Source: an uncultured Leptospirales bacterium (GTDB lineage: Bacteria > Spirochaetota > UBA4802 > UBA5550). Taken from it: a DNA stretch of 64,000 bases. The stretch spans positions 194,341-258,340 of the forward strand of contig CAZGWD010000003.1 of the NCBI GenBank assembly GCA_964529415.1, written 5' to 3'. Of this stretch, positions 1-9,216 are shown piece after piece (within the stretch, counting starts at the first letter, position 1; every line of letters starts with the position of its first letter). The position numbers and the translations under genes are program-made. Under the pieces are notes generated by a model. It worked only from the letters and a program-made list of their open reading frames with translations. It was not told where the DNA came from and ran no database searches.

Positions 1-424
1 TGAAAAAACCTGAATTAATTATTTTTTTTAATAATTTGAATAAAAATCTGCTGATAATTCGTCCCGCGATAGTTCCATTCAGAAAATCTGCATTATGGCC
101 GTGCTCGAAATATATTGTTTTCCCTGTACTGTTTTTAATTGTATATTTATCAAACCCGAAATCGTTTACTATATCGTGATTGCCTTTTATATAAATAAAA
201 TCGCTGCTCCTCAGATAATCCACAATCTTTCTCTGCTTTTCAACTATATCTTTAAATTTATATTTATAAAGTTCGTAAATATCACCGTTTAAAATGGTTT
301 TATCAATTTTAAATTTTAATTTTATCTTTTCAATTGTTTCGATGAATTTATCGGAATCCCATCCGAAAGTTCCAAATCTATCGCCGGTTCCAATATGAAG
401 ATCAGATATTATCAGTAAGTTCAT
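1..424 (-). CDS. Calcineurin-like metallophosphoesterase (LpxH-like), 3' end runs off window
   Basis: Not in the ORF track. Manual translation from ATG at 424: MNLLIISDLHIG...ILNGDIYE...YIKGNHD...FEHGH, i.e. the DxH, GD, GNHD and HGH metallophosphoesterase motifs; AGGA RBS upstream. Confidence 0.85.
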   Translation of the reverse strand, partial: MNLLIISDLHIGTGDRFGTFGWDSDKFIETIEKIKLKFKIDKTILNGDIYELYKYKFKDIVEKQRKIVDYLRSSDFIYIKGNHDIVNDFGFDKYTIKNSTGKTIYFEHGHNADFLNGTIAGRIISRFLFKLLKKIINSGFF

Positions 425-646
425 TTTTATTTCCTGCTCATTTATTTGTATAAATAATGCAGAAAAATTTTAAATATTTTATATGTATTGTGTAAATTTT
501 TTATGAATTTTAACTGTTATGACTCTGAAAAAAATTAAATTCATTTTGTTTATTCCATCATGGAAAAAAATTTTATAATTATTTTTTTCCATTGTTCTTT
601 AATATAGCAAGTTCAGCAAATATTTCTATTAGACCCGAAAATCAAT

Positions 647-670
647 AGCTGCAGGCTTTCGCCCGCAGCT
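647..670 (-). terminator. Hairpin, probable intrinsic terminator downstream of the porin gene
   Basis: AGCTGCAGGC-TTTC-GCCCGCAGCT stem-loop 15 nt past the stop at 686, with AT-rich flanks. Confidence 0.6.
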
Positions 671-685
671 TTTTATTAACAATAA

Positions 686-2041
686 TTAGAATTTAACTTC
701 TGTTTTAAGTTTAATAGCACTTGCAGTGTTATTCCAACCAGCATTAGAACCTATTCCAGCTTTAGCAAGAGCCATTGCATTAGTATCATAAGGATTTCCT
801 GCAGCGGAAATACCTGTAACGCCTGCCATGTAAATCTCAGCATCGCTATACAAATTCATTTCAAACAACAAAACTAATTTAACATTTTTATTAAACTGCC
901 ATCCAAGACCGGCATTCCAGTAAACTGTATCATAAACAACACCCATTCCGCCGGTATATGATTTATAAGCATCATTATACATACCATAAGATAATCTTCC
1001 AACAACCAGCATTGGGAAACCGGCAATTTCATTAAGATTCCAGTTTAACCAGGCATTTAAAACAAAAATATTTCTTGCCTGATCTCCACCAAGATCAGTT
1101 GGTTTTTTAATAATAATCTGACCTGATTCAAAATCCGCACCAAGTCTGATTCCCATCATGTTAATGCCAACTCCAGCGCCTGCAAACCATGCATCCTTAC
1201 CTTCTCCAGTAGCTCCTCCTGAAAAATTATCCATTGCATTATAGAATTGAATATTTTGATATCTCATAAATCCATGAACATAAAGACCTTTAACCGGCTC
1301 TACAAACAAATCTCCATACCAGGCTTTTCCAGCATAATTAGGCAGAAGATCTTTTGAAATATTAGCATGACCTTCACCTGTAGATGCTCCAAGTGTTAGT
1401 GAGATCATTTTAAAAAACTTAACCTCTAACATTAAACCAAGATCAGCTGATTGGTCATAATCACCTGCAGAAGAGCTAGTACCATCAGTACCCCTTACTA
1501 TTTTTGTAGGATCAGCAGTAATCATTCCAATTATATTTTTGTGCCCGTTATGCATCGTATCTTCAAACCATCTTGTGTCTGCCATTTTATTTCTGTTGTT
1601 TAAAATAGGAGTTCCGACTATACCAAAATCAAAGTTAATAAACAAATTATCATCTCCGCCTTTAGCTCTTAAATACGCATTTTTAACGAAAGGAACGTAT
1701 GAATTGCTGGCAGTTGCTACCGAAGAACCGCTTGAAGTAAATACATCCGGAGCTACATCAAGAATTACATGATAGCTGAAGTTTTTCCCAAGTTCATGAT
1801 CCCATTTAAGATAGAGCCGATCTATTGAGAAATTAACTATAGGCAGAAGATTCAACGCAAAAGTACTTTTCGGAACAGCACCAGTAACCATACTAATAGA
1901 AGAAAAATTTACGCCGCTTATTTTAATTGGGCTCTCCTCTGGTTTTTTCTCCTCTTGTTTTGGCGCATCCTGAGCAAATGCAAAAGCTCCTGTAAGAACT
2001 AAAGACAGGGTTAAAAACAACCCGAGTTTTTTGGATTTCAT
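686..2041 (-). CDS. Putative outer-membrane beta-barrel porin (possibly phosphate/anion-selective)
   Basis: Signal peptide (AFA-Q), alternating amphipathic beta-strands rich in G/aromatic residues, C-terminal ...KLKTEVKF with terminal Phe; GGAGG RBS; lies in the pho/pst cluster. Confidence 0.7.
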   Translation of the reverse strand: MKSKKLGLFLTLSLVLTGAFAFAQDAPKQEEKKPEESPIKISGVNFSSISMVTGAVPKSTFALNLLPIVNFSIDRLYLKWDHELGKNFSYHVILDVAPDVFTSSGSSVATASNSYVPFVKNAYLRAKGGDDNLFINFDFGIVGTPILNNRNKMADTRWFEDTMHNGHKNIIGMITADPTKIVRGTDGTSSSAGDYDQSADLGLMLEVKFFKMISLTLGASTGEGHANISKDLLPNYAGKAWYGDLFVEPVKGLYVHGFMRYQNIQFYNAMDNFSGGATGEGKDAWFAGAGVGINMMGIRLGADFESGQIIIKKPTDLGGDQARNIFVLNAWLNWNLNEIAGFPMLVVGRLSYGMYNDAYKSYTGGMGVVYDTVYWNAGLGWQFNKNVKLVLLFEMNLYSDAEIYMAGVTGISAAGNPYDTNAMALAKAGIGSNAGWNNTASAIKLKTEVKF

Positions 2042-2420
2042 TATTAAATCCTCCTTTTTATAAAAATAAATAGTTTTTAGATTTTTTCTAATTTGGATTA
2101 GCTGTTATTATCTTTTAAGTTTTGAAGAAATTTTAAAGATTCAAATTTCCCTGTAACAATTAAGAAATAAATTATTCTAATTCAAATAATACAAAATCCC
2201 TTTTTGATTCTTGCGTTATATTTATTATTTTCAGATGAAGGATTTATTAAGAAATTTTATATTTAATGTTAATTATATAGAATTATATAATTGATTCAGT
2301 ATTAAAAACAAATTAAGTTAAAATAATCTACAAAATCGAAATTATAAAACAAGACAACATGGAAGGTATTATTCTTTTAAAAAAATTGTTTAAAATTACA
2401 GGCAGGTAAAATTGATTTTA

Positions 2421-2828
2421 TCACAACCATTTATTATTTTCTATTAGCTTCTCCACGAGCATTTTGATCTGATCCCTGATTTTCCTGACTTCTTCAATTG
2501 ATTTTCCTTTCGGATCTTCAAGCTGCCAATCAAGTCTTATTAAACCTGGAACAAACGGACATGATTCTTCACAGCCCATTGTGATCAGATAATGAGCAGT
2601 GTGCGCAATTTCATTACTCAAAAATTGAGGCCTTATATTCTGCAGTTCAAGCTCAACTTCCTTCATTACAGATATAACCTCAGGGTGAATTGAAACACCA
2701 GGCTCTGTACCGGCGGAAATTGCTACAGCTTTATCTTCAGATGCAATTGAATTAAAAAATGCAGCTGCCATCTGTGAGCGGCCTGCATTATGTACACATG
2801 CGAATAAAATTATTTTTGGTGTTTCCAT
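2421..2828 (-). CDS. arsC: Arsenate reductase, LMW-PTP fold (thioredoxin-type)
   Basis: CVHNAGRSQMA P-loop, SAGT, TMGCEESCP redox cysteines, DWQLEDP; start set at ATG 2828 (GGAG RBS) rather than TTG 2843. Confidence 0.85.
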   Translation of the reverse strand: METPKIILFACVHNAGRSQMAAAFFNSIASEDKAVAISAGTEPGVSIHPEVISVMKEVELELQNIRPQFLSNEIAHTAHYLITMGCEESCPFVPGLIRLDWQLEDPKGKSIEEVRKIRDQIKMLVEKLIENNKWL

Positions 2829-2843
2829 TTTTTTAGCTCCCAA

Positions 2844-4457
2844 TTATGCTGTTTTTTCAGTATTTTCATGTATTAAATTTTCAAAATTACAAACCAGCAA
2901 TACCTGATTACCTTTATTGTTATACTTAATAACATCAAATATCTGCCGGCTCATATTTATCCCCCTGCCATGCTGAAGCGATTTATCATTTATTTCTTCA
3001 GCGGACATTGACAGTATTTTTTTATGATCAAAACCGTTACCGTCATCAGTAATCCGGCAAATCAATTTATTTTTGTCTATAGAATAATCTACTGTTACTT
3101 TCTTATCTTTGTATTTTTTATCACGCTGCCTGACGCTTATCAATTTCATATAATTATCATCGGCCAGTGATTCTGATTTCTCTTTAAATGAAATATCAAG
3201 ATTTCCATGCTCAATTGCATTTATTAAAATTTCACGCAAAGCAATCCGTAAAAGTTTCACTTTTGCCGGATTCAAATACTTACTTAAAAGACTGGTTAAT
3301 CTGTAAGTTATCTCTTCGGTAGTTATAAGTGAATTGCCTATCTGAAAAGATATTTTTTCTTTTGTAATATATTTTGCAATATTATCTTCATCCGGCACAA
3401 CTGCATTTCCAAAAATTTCCTGTTTGCCTTCTATATTAATATATTCAAGCCTTATATCCATAGTCTTTGATTCAATATTATGAGGTAGCTTAAAATCCGC
3501 TTTAAAATGAATTGCACTTTTTTCCCTGGAAAAATTTTGCAGTTTGGTTTTTATAAGTTCCCTGGAAAGAAATCCTTCTTCCGCATCTTCATGTATCAGA
3601 TCAAGGAAATTCTTAAAATATAGCTTCTCAGGGTTTATATTAAAATATTTTTTCATGGCATTATTTATGGTCAATATATTCCATTCATCATCCAATGTGA
3701 AAATTACATCATTCGATCCATCCACAATCTTTCTGTACTTTTCTTCGGATAATTTAATTTTTTTGCCAGCTTCATCCAGATCAATAGACTTTTCATTTAT
3801 ATGCCTTTCTAAAATTATTCTCTCAATTATTATCTTCCTGACTAAAACAAAGCCGAAAACCATTGATATGGAAAATAAAAAAATAATTATGCCAAGAAGG
3901 ATGTTTAGATAGTATGAATTGATTTGTTGCATCTTATTTGTAGATATTAATTTGATATCCGCGACTACTTCATCGATGCCTTTCAATATCTCTTCATCTT
4001 TTTCATTTGCAGTCATAATTACAGAATTTTTATTGGAATCATTAAGTTTAACAAGAAGAAGTATATATTCTTTGGTTAATATATCATGCCGCTTCGTTAA
4101 ATGAAGGATTTTTTCAGGTACTGAATCAAATTCAGAACATCTCATTCTGAGATTAAAAAGCAGATCCTGAATCAATGTTGCATATTTTGTAAATGAATAA
4201 TATTCTTTGCGGTATATTTCGGGATTATTTCCTTCCAGAACTATTTTATTCCATGTCATGAACTGCTTTCCCATTAATACCTGCACTTCTCTTGCACTGT
4301 CAATTGAGTCAACATAAGCCGCTGAATCGATATACGACTTATAAATTGAATAAAAACCAATTGAACCGACAGCAATAATTATAAGCAGAAAAAATATAAT
4401 ACCTGCAATAACGCTCAGGTTTTTCCTGGATTTAAATATTTTTAATACATTAATCAT
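2844..4457 (-). CDS. Membrane sensor: two TMs with periplasmic helical domain, PAS, and RsbW-like HATPase_c_2 domain (no HisKA)
   Basis: Two hydrophobic segments; SEEKYRKIVDGSNDVIFTLD PAS start; EILINAIEHGN, DDGNGF and HGRGINM ATPase boxes with no H-box. Confidence 0.75.
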   Translation of the reverse strand: MINVLKIFKSRKNLSVIAGIIFFLLIIIAVGSIGFYSIYKSYIDSAAYVDSIDSAREVQVLMGKQFMTWNKIVLEGNNPEIYRKEYYSFTKYATLIQDLLFNLRMRCSEFDSVPEKILHLTKRHDILTKEYILLLVKLNDSNKNSVIMTANEKDEEILKGIDEVVADIKLISTNKMQQINSYYLNILLGIIIFLFSISMVFGFVLVRKIIIERIILERHINEKSIDLDEAGKKIKLSEEKYRKIVDGSNDVIFTLDDEWNILTINNAMKKYFNINPEKLYFKNFLDLIHEDAEEGFLSRELIKTKLQNFSREKSAIHFKADFKLPHNIESKTMDIRLEYINIEGKQEIFGNAVVPDEDNIAKYITKEKISFQIGNSLITTEEITYRLTSLLSKYLNPAKVKLLRIALREILINAIEHGNLDISFKEKSESLADDNYMKLISVRQRDKKYKDKKVTVDYSIDKNKLICRITDDGNGFDHKKILSMSAEEINDKSLQHGRGINMSRQIFDVIKYNNKGNQVLLVCNFENLIHENTEKTA

Positions 4458-4566
4458 ACCTTATATTTATGTTTTAAGAATATTTAGAAATTATAAATAT
4501 AATGTTAAGTTATAATGAATTTTCAATAATAATTCAGAATCAGAAATTTAATTCTTATACTGAAAT

Positions 4567-4600
4567 AAAAAAACCCCTATAACATAACATGCTATAGGGG
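4567..4600 (-). terminator. Intrinsic terminator of pstS
   Basis: CCCCTATA...TATAGGGG stem (4574-4600) followed by a T7 run on the minus strand, ~25 nt after the pstS stop. Confidence 0.7.
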
Positions 4601-4625
4601 CAACATAAACATTCTTTTTTTATTA

Positions 4626-5462
4626 TTATTTAACAGGAATAAAACCTGCTTTTTTAACAACAGCCTGGCCTTCTGGAGAAAGCAGATAGTCAACAAATGC
4701 TCTTGCTTCTTTTGAAATTTTATTTTTATTAACATACATATAAAGTTTTCTTGAAATTGGAAATTTTCCGGATTTTCCGTTTTCAATAGTAGGATCAATT
4801 CCATTTACCTTTAAAGCTTTTAAAGAATCATTAAGATAACCAAAACCAACATAACCTATTGATTTCTGATTGCCGGAAATAGTTGTTGCAACCTGTCCGC
4901 TGGATGCAGTCATCATTGCATCTTTTCTTAAGTCTGCTTTTTTAAGAACTATTTCATGCCATGATTCAAATGTTCCTGAACTTGTATCTCTTGAAACAGC
5001 AACAATATTATCCTTTGAATCTGACCCAGGAATTTTATCCCAGGTTTTAATTGATCCTGTATAAATTCCTTTTAACTGATCCAATGAGATATTATCAATC
5101 TTGTTATTAAGATGAACAACTGGAGCAAGGCAATCAAGCGCTACTACAATTTCTTCAACTTCAATGCCTTTTGATTTTGCAAGTTCAATCTCTTTATCCT
5201 TCATTTCTCTGGACGAATTGGCAATATCTGCAGAACCGTCGATTAGAGCTTTAATGCCGTTTCCAGACCCGCTGCCATCAATACTTATTGCCGCATTTTT
5301 ATTAATTTTAGAATATTCTTCCATAGCTTTCTGAGTAATTGGAAGAACTGTTGTTGAACCCTTGATCGATATTTTGTTTTTAGCCGATTTCGAACAACCG
5401 AAAACACTTAACATCAAAACAAGCACTGTAAAAATTGATAATGTTTTTTTAATATGAAACAT
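4626..5462 (-). CDS. pstS: Phosphate ABC transporter substrate-binding lipoprotein
   Basis: IKGSTTV, GSGSGNG, ANSSR, SRDTSSGT, FPISRKLY motifs; lipobox SVFGC; start set at ATG 5462 behind GGAGG. Confidence 0.93.
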   Translation of the reverse strand: MFHIKKTLSIFTVLVLMLSVFGCSKSAKNKISIKGSTTVLPITQKAMEEYSKINKNAAISIDGSGSGNGIKALIDGSADIANSSREMKDKEIELAKSKGIEVEEIVVALDCLAPVVHLNNKIDNISLDQLKGIYTGSIKTWDKIPGSDSKDNIVAVSRDTSSGTFESWHEIVLKKADLRKDAMMTASSGQVATTISGNQKSIGYVGFGYLNDSLKALKVNGIDPTIENGKSGKFPISRKLYMYVNKNKISKEARAFVDYLLSPEGQAVVKKAGFIPVK

Positions 5463-5512
5463 GAATATCCTCCATTGATTTAAGTTCTTTTGTAAAATGA
5501 ATATTTTAATCA

Positions 5513-5541
5513 TATGAATTTTTTATGAAGATTTTATAAAA
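5513..5541 (-). promoter_or_regulatory. Pho-box-like triple direct repeat upstream of pstS
   Basis: Minus strand TTTTATA-AAAT-CTTCATA-AAAA-ATTCATA: three 7-mers at 11-bp period, the spacing typical of PhoB sites. Confidence 0.5.
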
Positions 5542-5735
5542 TTAATATTAATTACAATAATTGGCATTTTTCAATATTTTTTTATAAGATTCAATGTTAA
5601 TGTTTTAATATATTACACAAAAATATACATATTTTACTAAACGAACAACAAATAAGCTCTGACCCTGTACTCGTTTCGTTTAGCATTTAAACTGCGTGCA
5701 ATTTTTTTTATAAATTTACATCAAATAAATAAAAT

Positions 5736-5753
5736 CTTCATAATTTCTTTATA
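5736..5753 (+). promoter_or_regulatory. Pho-box-like direct repeat upstream of pstC
   Basis: CTTCATA-ATTT-CTTTATA, 11-bp period, ~55 nt before pstC. Confidence 0.5.
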
Positions 5754-5809
5754 TTTTTAATTCTATATATTATTAATTCATTCATATAAAATTAATTTCA
5801 GGAATTTAG

Positions 5810-6694
5810 ATGAAGATTAAAAGAGCTTATATTTTAGATATAATTGCCGGTAAAATATTTTTGGTTATCGGTTTAACAAGCATTATAATTCTATTCCTGA
5901 TTATTCTTTTTCTTTTTAAAGAAGGCCTTCCGCTGTTTAACTTTACAGGCGCTGGCAATTTTTTAACTGGAAACGAATGGTATCCAACAAGTGAAAAAGC
6001 AAGATTTGGAATCTTTTCTCTCATATATGCATCTGTTTCTGTAACGCTGCTCGCTTCATTATTATCCATACCGTTAAGTCTGGCGCTTGCAATTTATCTT
6101 TCTGAAATTGCAAGTTCAAGCGCAAGAGAAATTATCAAACCGGTTATTGAAATTATAGCATCAATTCCTTCAGTCATAATCGGATTTTTCGGTATGGTTG
6201 TAATAGCTCCTTTTTTACAGGATAAATTTAATCTCGATACAGGCATGAATCTTTTCAATGCTTCGCTGATGCTGGCGTTCATGGCAATACCAACAATTGC
6301 AAGCATCTCCGAGGATGCACTTTCATCTGTTCCCATGTCACTTAAAGAAGCTTCCTATGCACTCGGAGCAAATAAATGGCAGACAATATATCATATTACA
6401 ATACCTGCAGCTCTTTCTGGAATATGGACTGCGGTTATTCTCGGAATATCCCGCGTCATAGGAGAGACTATGGTTGTACTTATGGTTGCAGGAGGTTCTG
6501 CAGGGAACCCAAGCTCAATATTCGATTCGGTGCGGCCTCTAACATCAACAATTGCAGCTGAAATGGCTGAAACACCTCATGCGAGCAACCATTACCATGC
6601 TTTATTTGCCATTGGCCTGGTTCTGTTTATTATAACATTCGTTTTCAACATGCTTGCAGATTATCTATCAAACAAGTATAAATTTAAAGGCTGA
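5810..6694 (+). CDS. pstC: Phosphate ABC transporter permease PstC
   Basis: IASIPSVIIGFFG, EASYALGANKWQT, SRVIGETMVV motifs; operon context. Confidence 0.95.
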   Translation: MKIKRAYILDIIAGKIFLVIGLTSIIILFLIILFLFKEGLPLFNFTGAGNFLTGNEWYPTSEKARFGIFSLIYASVSVTLLASLLSIPLSLALAIYLSEIASSSAREIIKPVIEIIASIPSVIIGFFGMVVIAPFLQDKFNLDTGMNLFNASLMLAFMAIPTIASISEDALSSVPMSLKEASYALGANKWQTIYHITIPAALSGIWTAVILGISRVIGETMVVLMVAGGSAGNPSSIFDSVRPLTSTIAAEMAETPHASNHYHALFAIGLVLFIITFVFNMLADYLSNKYKFKG

Positions 6695-6697
6695 TAT

Positions 6698-7558
6698 ATG
6701 AAAAGATATAACGATATAATTGAAAAAATAATGTTCATACTAATCCGCATTATGTCATACATGAGCATAATTTTTCTCGTAATTATATTATCCTATATTT
6801 TCAGCAAAGGATACAGTGCACTCTCCCTGGATTTCATTACGCAAATGCCGAGTGATGAAATGACTAAAGGCGGAATTTTTCCTGCGATTCTCGGGACATT
6901 ATATCTTATGCTTGGATCAACTCTAATTTCTGTTCCGGTTGGAGTTATTACAGCAATATATCTCAATGAATATGCCGGAAATGTAAAAATTAAAAAAATT
7001 ATCCGTATGGCAATTAATAATCTTGCAGGAGTTCCATCAGTAGTTTTCGGTTTATTCGGTCTAAGCCTGTTTGTATATCTGCTTGATTTCGGGACTTCAA
7101 TACTTGCAGGTTCTCTAACGCTTGGAATTCTTAATCTGCCGATTATAATCAGATCTACTGAAGAGGCTCTTCTCACGGTTCCTTCAAGCTACAGGGAAGC
7201 ATCATTGTCGCTTGGCGCAACAAAACTTCAAACTATATTCAATATTGTTGTCCCGAATGCAATACCAGGAATTTTAACAGGCGCAATGCTTTCACTTGGA
7301 AGAGCTGCAGGAGAAACTGCACCGATCATGTTCACAGCAGCTGCATTTTATACTCCTCATTTGCCTGATTCGGTTTTCAGCGAGGTTATGGCTCTGCCTT
7401 ATCATATATTTGTTCTGGCTACTGCAGGCACACATATACTGCAGACACGGCCCATACAATACGGAACTGCAATTGTTCTTATTACTCTGGTTCTGATTTT
7501 AAATTTAGGCGGATTGATTATGAGATACAGATTCAGAAAAAGAATAAAAGGTTTATAA
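6698..7558 (+). CDS. pstA: Phosphate ABC transporter permease PstA
   Basis: [43 protein letters not shown] motifs. Confidence 0.95.
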   Translation: MKRYNDIIEKIMFILIRIMSYMSIIFLVIILSYIFSKGYSALSLDFITQMPSDEMTKGGIFPAILGTLYLMLGSTLISVPVGVITAIYLNEYAGNVKIKKIIRMAINNLAGVPSVVFGLFGLSLFVYLLDFGTSILAGSLTLGILNLPIIIRSTEEALLTVPSSYREASLSLGATKLQTIFNIVVPNAIPGILTGAMLSLGRAAGETAPIMFTAAAFYTPHLPDSVFSEVMALPYHIFVLATAGTHILQTRPIQYGTAIVLITLVLILNLGGLIMRYRFRKRIKGL

Positions 7559-7566
7559 CAGGAAAT

Positions 7567-8331
7567 TTGAATATGAATAATAAAATTGAAGTTAATAATT
7601 TAACATTCTTCTACGGGCTTACTAAACCCGCGATTAAGAATATTTCCCTGAATGTTGAAAAAAATACTGTGCTTGCTTTAATCGGCCCGTCCGGCTGCGG
7701 CAAGTCAACATTTTTAAGATGCATAAACAGGATGAATGATATAATACCGAACATCAGGGTTGAAGGCGATTTGCTTATTGACAATGAATCCATATATCAT
7801 AAAAAATATGACGTAACTGAACTTAGAAGAAATGTCGGGATGGTATTTCAGAAATCAAATCCATTTCCGAAATCTATATTTGAAAATGTTGCATACGGAC
7901 TCAGGATAGGAGGCATGAGAGACAGGCATCACATTGAATCTATTGTTGAAAATTCACTCAAGTCAACCGGTCTTTGGGAGGAGGTTAAAGACAGGCTTCA
8001 CGAATCTGCGCTCAGCCTTTCCGGAGGCCAGCAGCAGAGACTGTGCATTGCCAGAACAATTGCGGTTCAGCCTGAAATAATTCTAATGGATGAACCGGCA
8101 TCTGCTCTTGATCCGATATCAACACAAAAGATAGAAGAACTGATACAGGATCTGAAAGTCAAGTATACCATAGTCATAGTTACGCACAACATGCAGCAGG
8201 CAGCCAGGGTAAGCGACAACACAGCTTTTTTTTACATGGGTGATCTGATAGAGATTAATAAAACTGAGAAAATATTTACAAAACCTGATATTGAAATGAC
8301 CGAAAATTATATTACAGGAAAATTCGGATGA
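7567..8331 (+). CDS. pstB: Phosphate ABC transporter ATPase (alternative ATG at 7573)
   Basis: GPSGCGKST Walker [46 protein letters not shown]. Confidence 0.97.
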   Translation: MNMNNKIEVNNLTFFYGLTKPAIKNISLNVEKNTVLALIGPSGCGKSTFLRCINRMNDIIPNIRVEGDLLIDNESIYHKKYDVTELRRNVGMVFQKSNPFPKSIFENVAYGLRIGGMRDRHHIESIVENSLKSTGLWEEVKDRLHESALSLSGGQQQRLCIARTIAVQPEIILMDEPASALDPISTQKIEELIQDLKVKYTIVIVTHNMQQAARVSDNTAFFYMGDLIEINKTEKIFTKPDIEMTENYITGKFG

Positions 8332-8353
8332 TATAAACTGAAATTATCTTTTT

Positions 8354-8491
8354 TGTGTAAAAAAAGGGGATTTGGAGATGGAAGAGATACGGAGATAACG
8401 TAATAAACAAAAGAATTACATGATATTTAATGTATTTTTTATTAATATCTCCCCGATCTCTTTGCATCCCCATATCTCCACATCTTACACA
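8354..8491 (+). repeat. ~140-bp non-coding element with imperfect terminal inverted repeats, copy 1 (pstB-phoU intergenic)
   Basis: Starts TGTGTAA, ends TCTTACACA; the left arm is GGRGAT-periodic purine-rich sequence and the right arm its approximate complement; alignable to the reverse complement of 51460-51601. Confidence 0.75.
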
Positions 8492-8553
8492 TTTCTTAAC
8501 TTAATGCATTGCCCTTGAAGTGAGGGCATAAGATTAAAAAAACCGGAGGAATC

Positions 8554-9216
8554 ATGTCTACACATCTTGAACTTGAAATAGAAAGCGTTAAGGCCAAAAT
8601 ATATAAAATGGCAGATTACGATATAGAAGCTATTTGCAAAGCAATAGAGTCATTGAAAAATCTTGATATAAAATCTGCTGAAAAAATCATAAAAAATGAT
8701 TCAGTAATTGATTTGCTTGAAAAAGAAATTGATGAAGATATTGTCAAGATACTCGTTACCAGACAGCCTGCTGCAATTGATATGAGACTGGTTTTATCGC
8801 TTATGAAAATAAACACTGACCTTGAAAGAATAGGCGATCTCGCGTCGAATATTGCGCAGGAAACAATCAGACTCCACGGCAAGCATCTTATCAAACCAAT
8901 GGTGGATATACCGCGCATGGCTGAAATTGGAATAGATATGATTAAAAAAAGCCTTCAGGCAATATCCGACATGGACAGCGGTCTTGCAAATGAAATAATA
9001 AAAATGGACAACAGTATTGATGATCTTAACAGGCAGATACACAGAGAACTGTTTTCTTATATGGCTGAAAATCCGCAATCTATTTCCGAGGCGCTGAGTC
9101 TGCTCTGGGCTGCAAAAGCACTTGAGCGCATTGGAGACCATGCATCAAACATAGCTGAAAGAGCAGTATTCTACATTGAAGGAATTGATATCCGGCACAT
9201 GGATGCAGAAGAATGA
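8554..9216 (+). CDS. phoU: Phosphate signalling regulator PhoU
   Basis: RQPAAIDMR, DLERIGDLASNIA and LERIGDHASNIAE tandem PhoU repeats; GGAGG RBS. Confidence 0.96.
   Translation: MSTHLELEIESVKAKIYKMADYDIEAICKAIESLKNLDIKSAEKIIKNDSVIDLLEKEIDEDIVKILVTRQPAAIDMRLVLSLMKINTDLERIGDLASNIAQETIRLHGKHLIKPMVDIPRMAEIGIDMIKKSLQAISDMDSGLANEIIKMDNSIDDLNRQIHRELFSYMAENPQSISEALSLLWAAKALERIGDHASNIAERAVFYIEGIDIRHMDAEE

Noticed and set aside
95-292. 65-aa plus-strand ORF
   Set aside because: Antisense shadow of the metallophosphoesterase on the minus strand (1-424).
5637-5683. CTAAACGAA...TTCGTTTAG inverted repeat in the pstS/pstC divergent region, considered as an ncRNA or riboswitch
   Set aside because: Only a 9-bp stem with a 29-nt loop; no recognisable riboswitch consensus.
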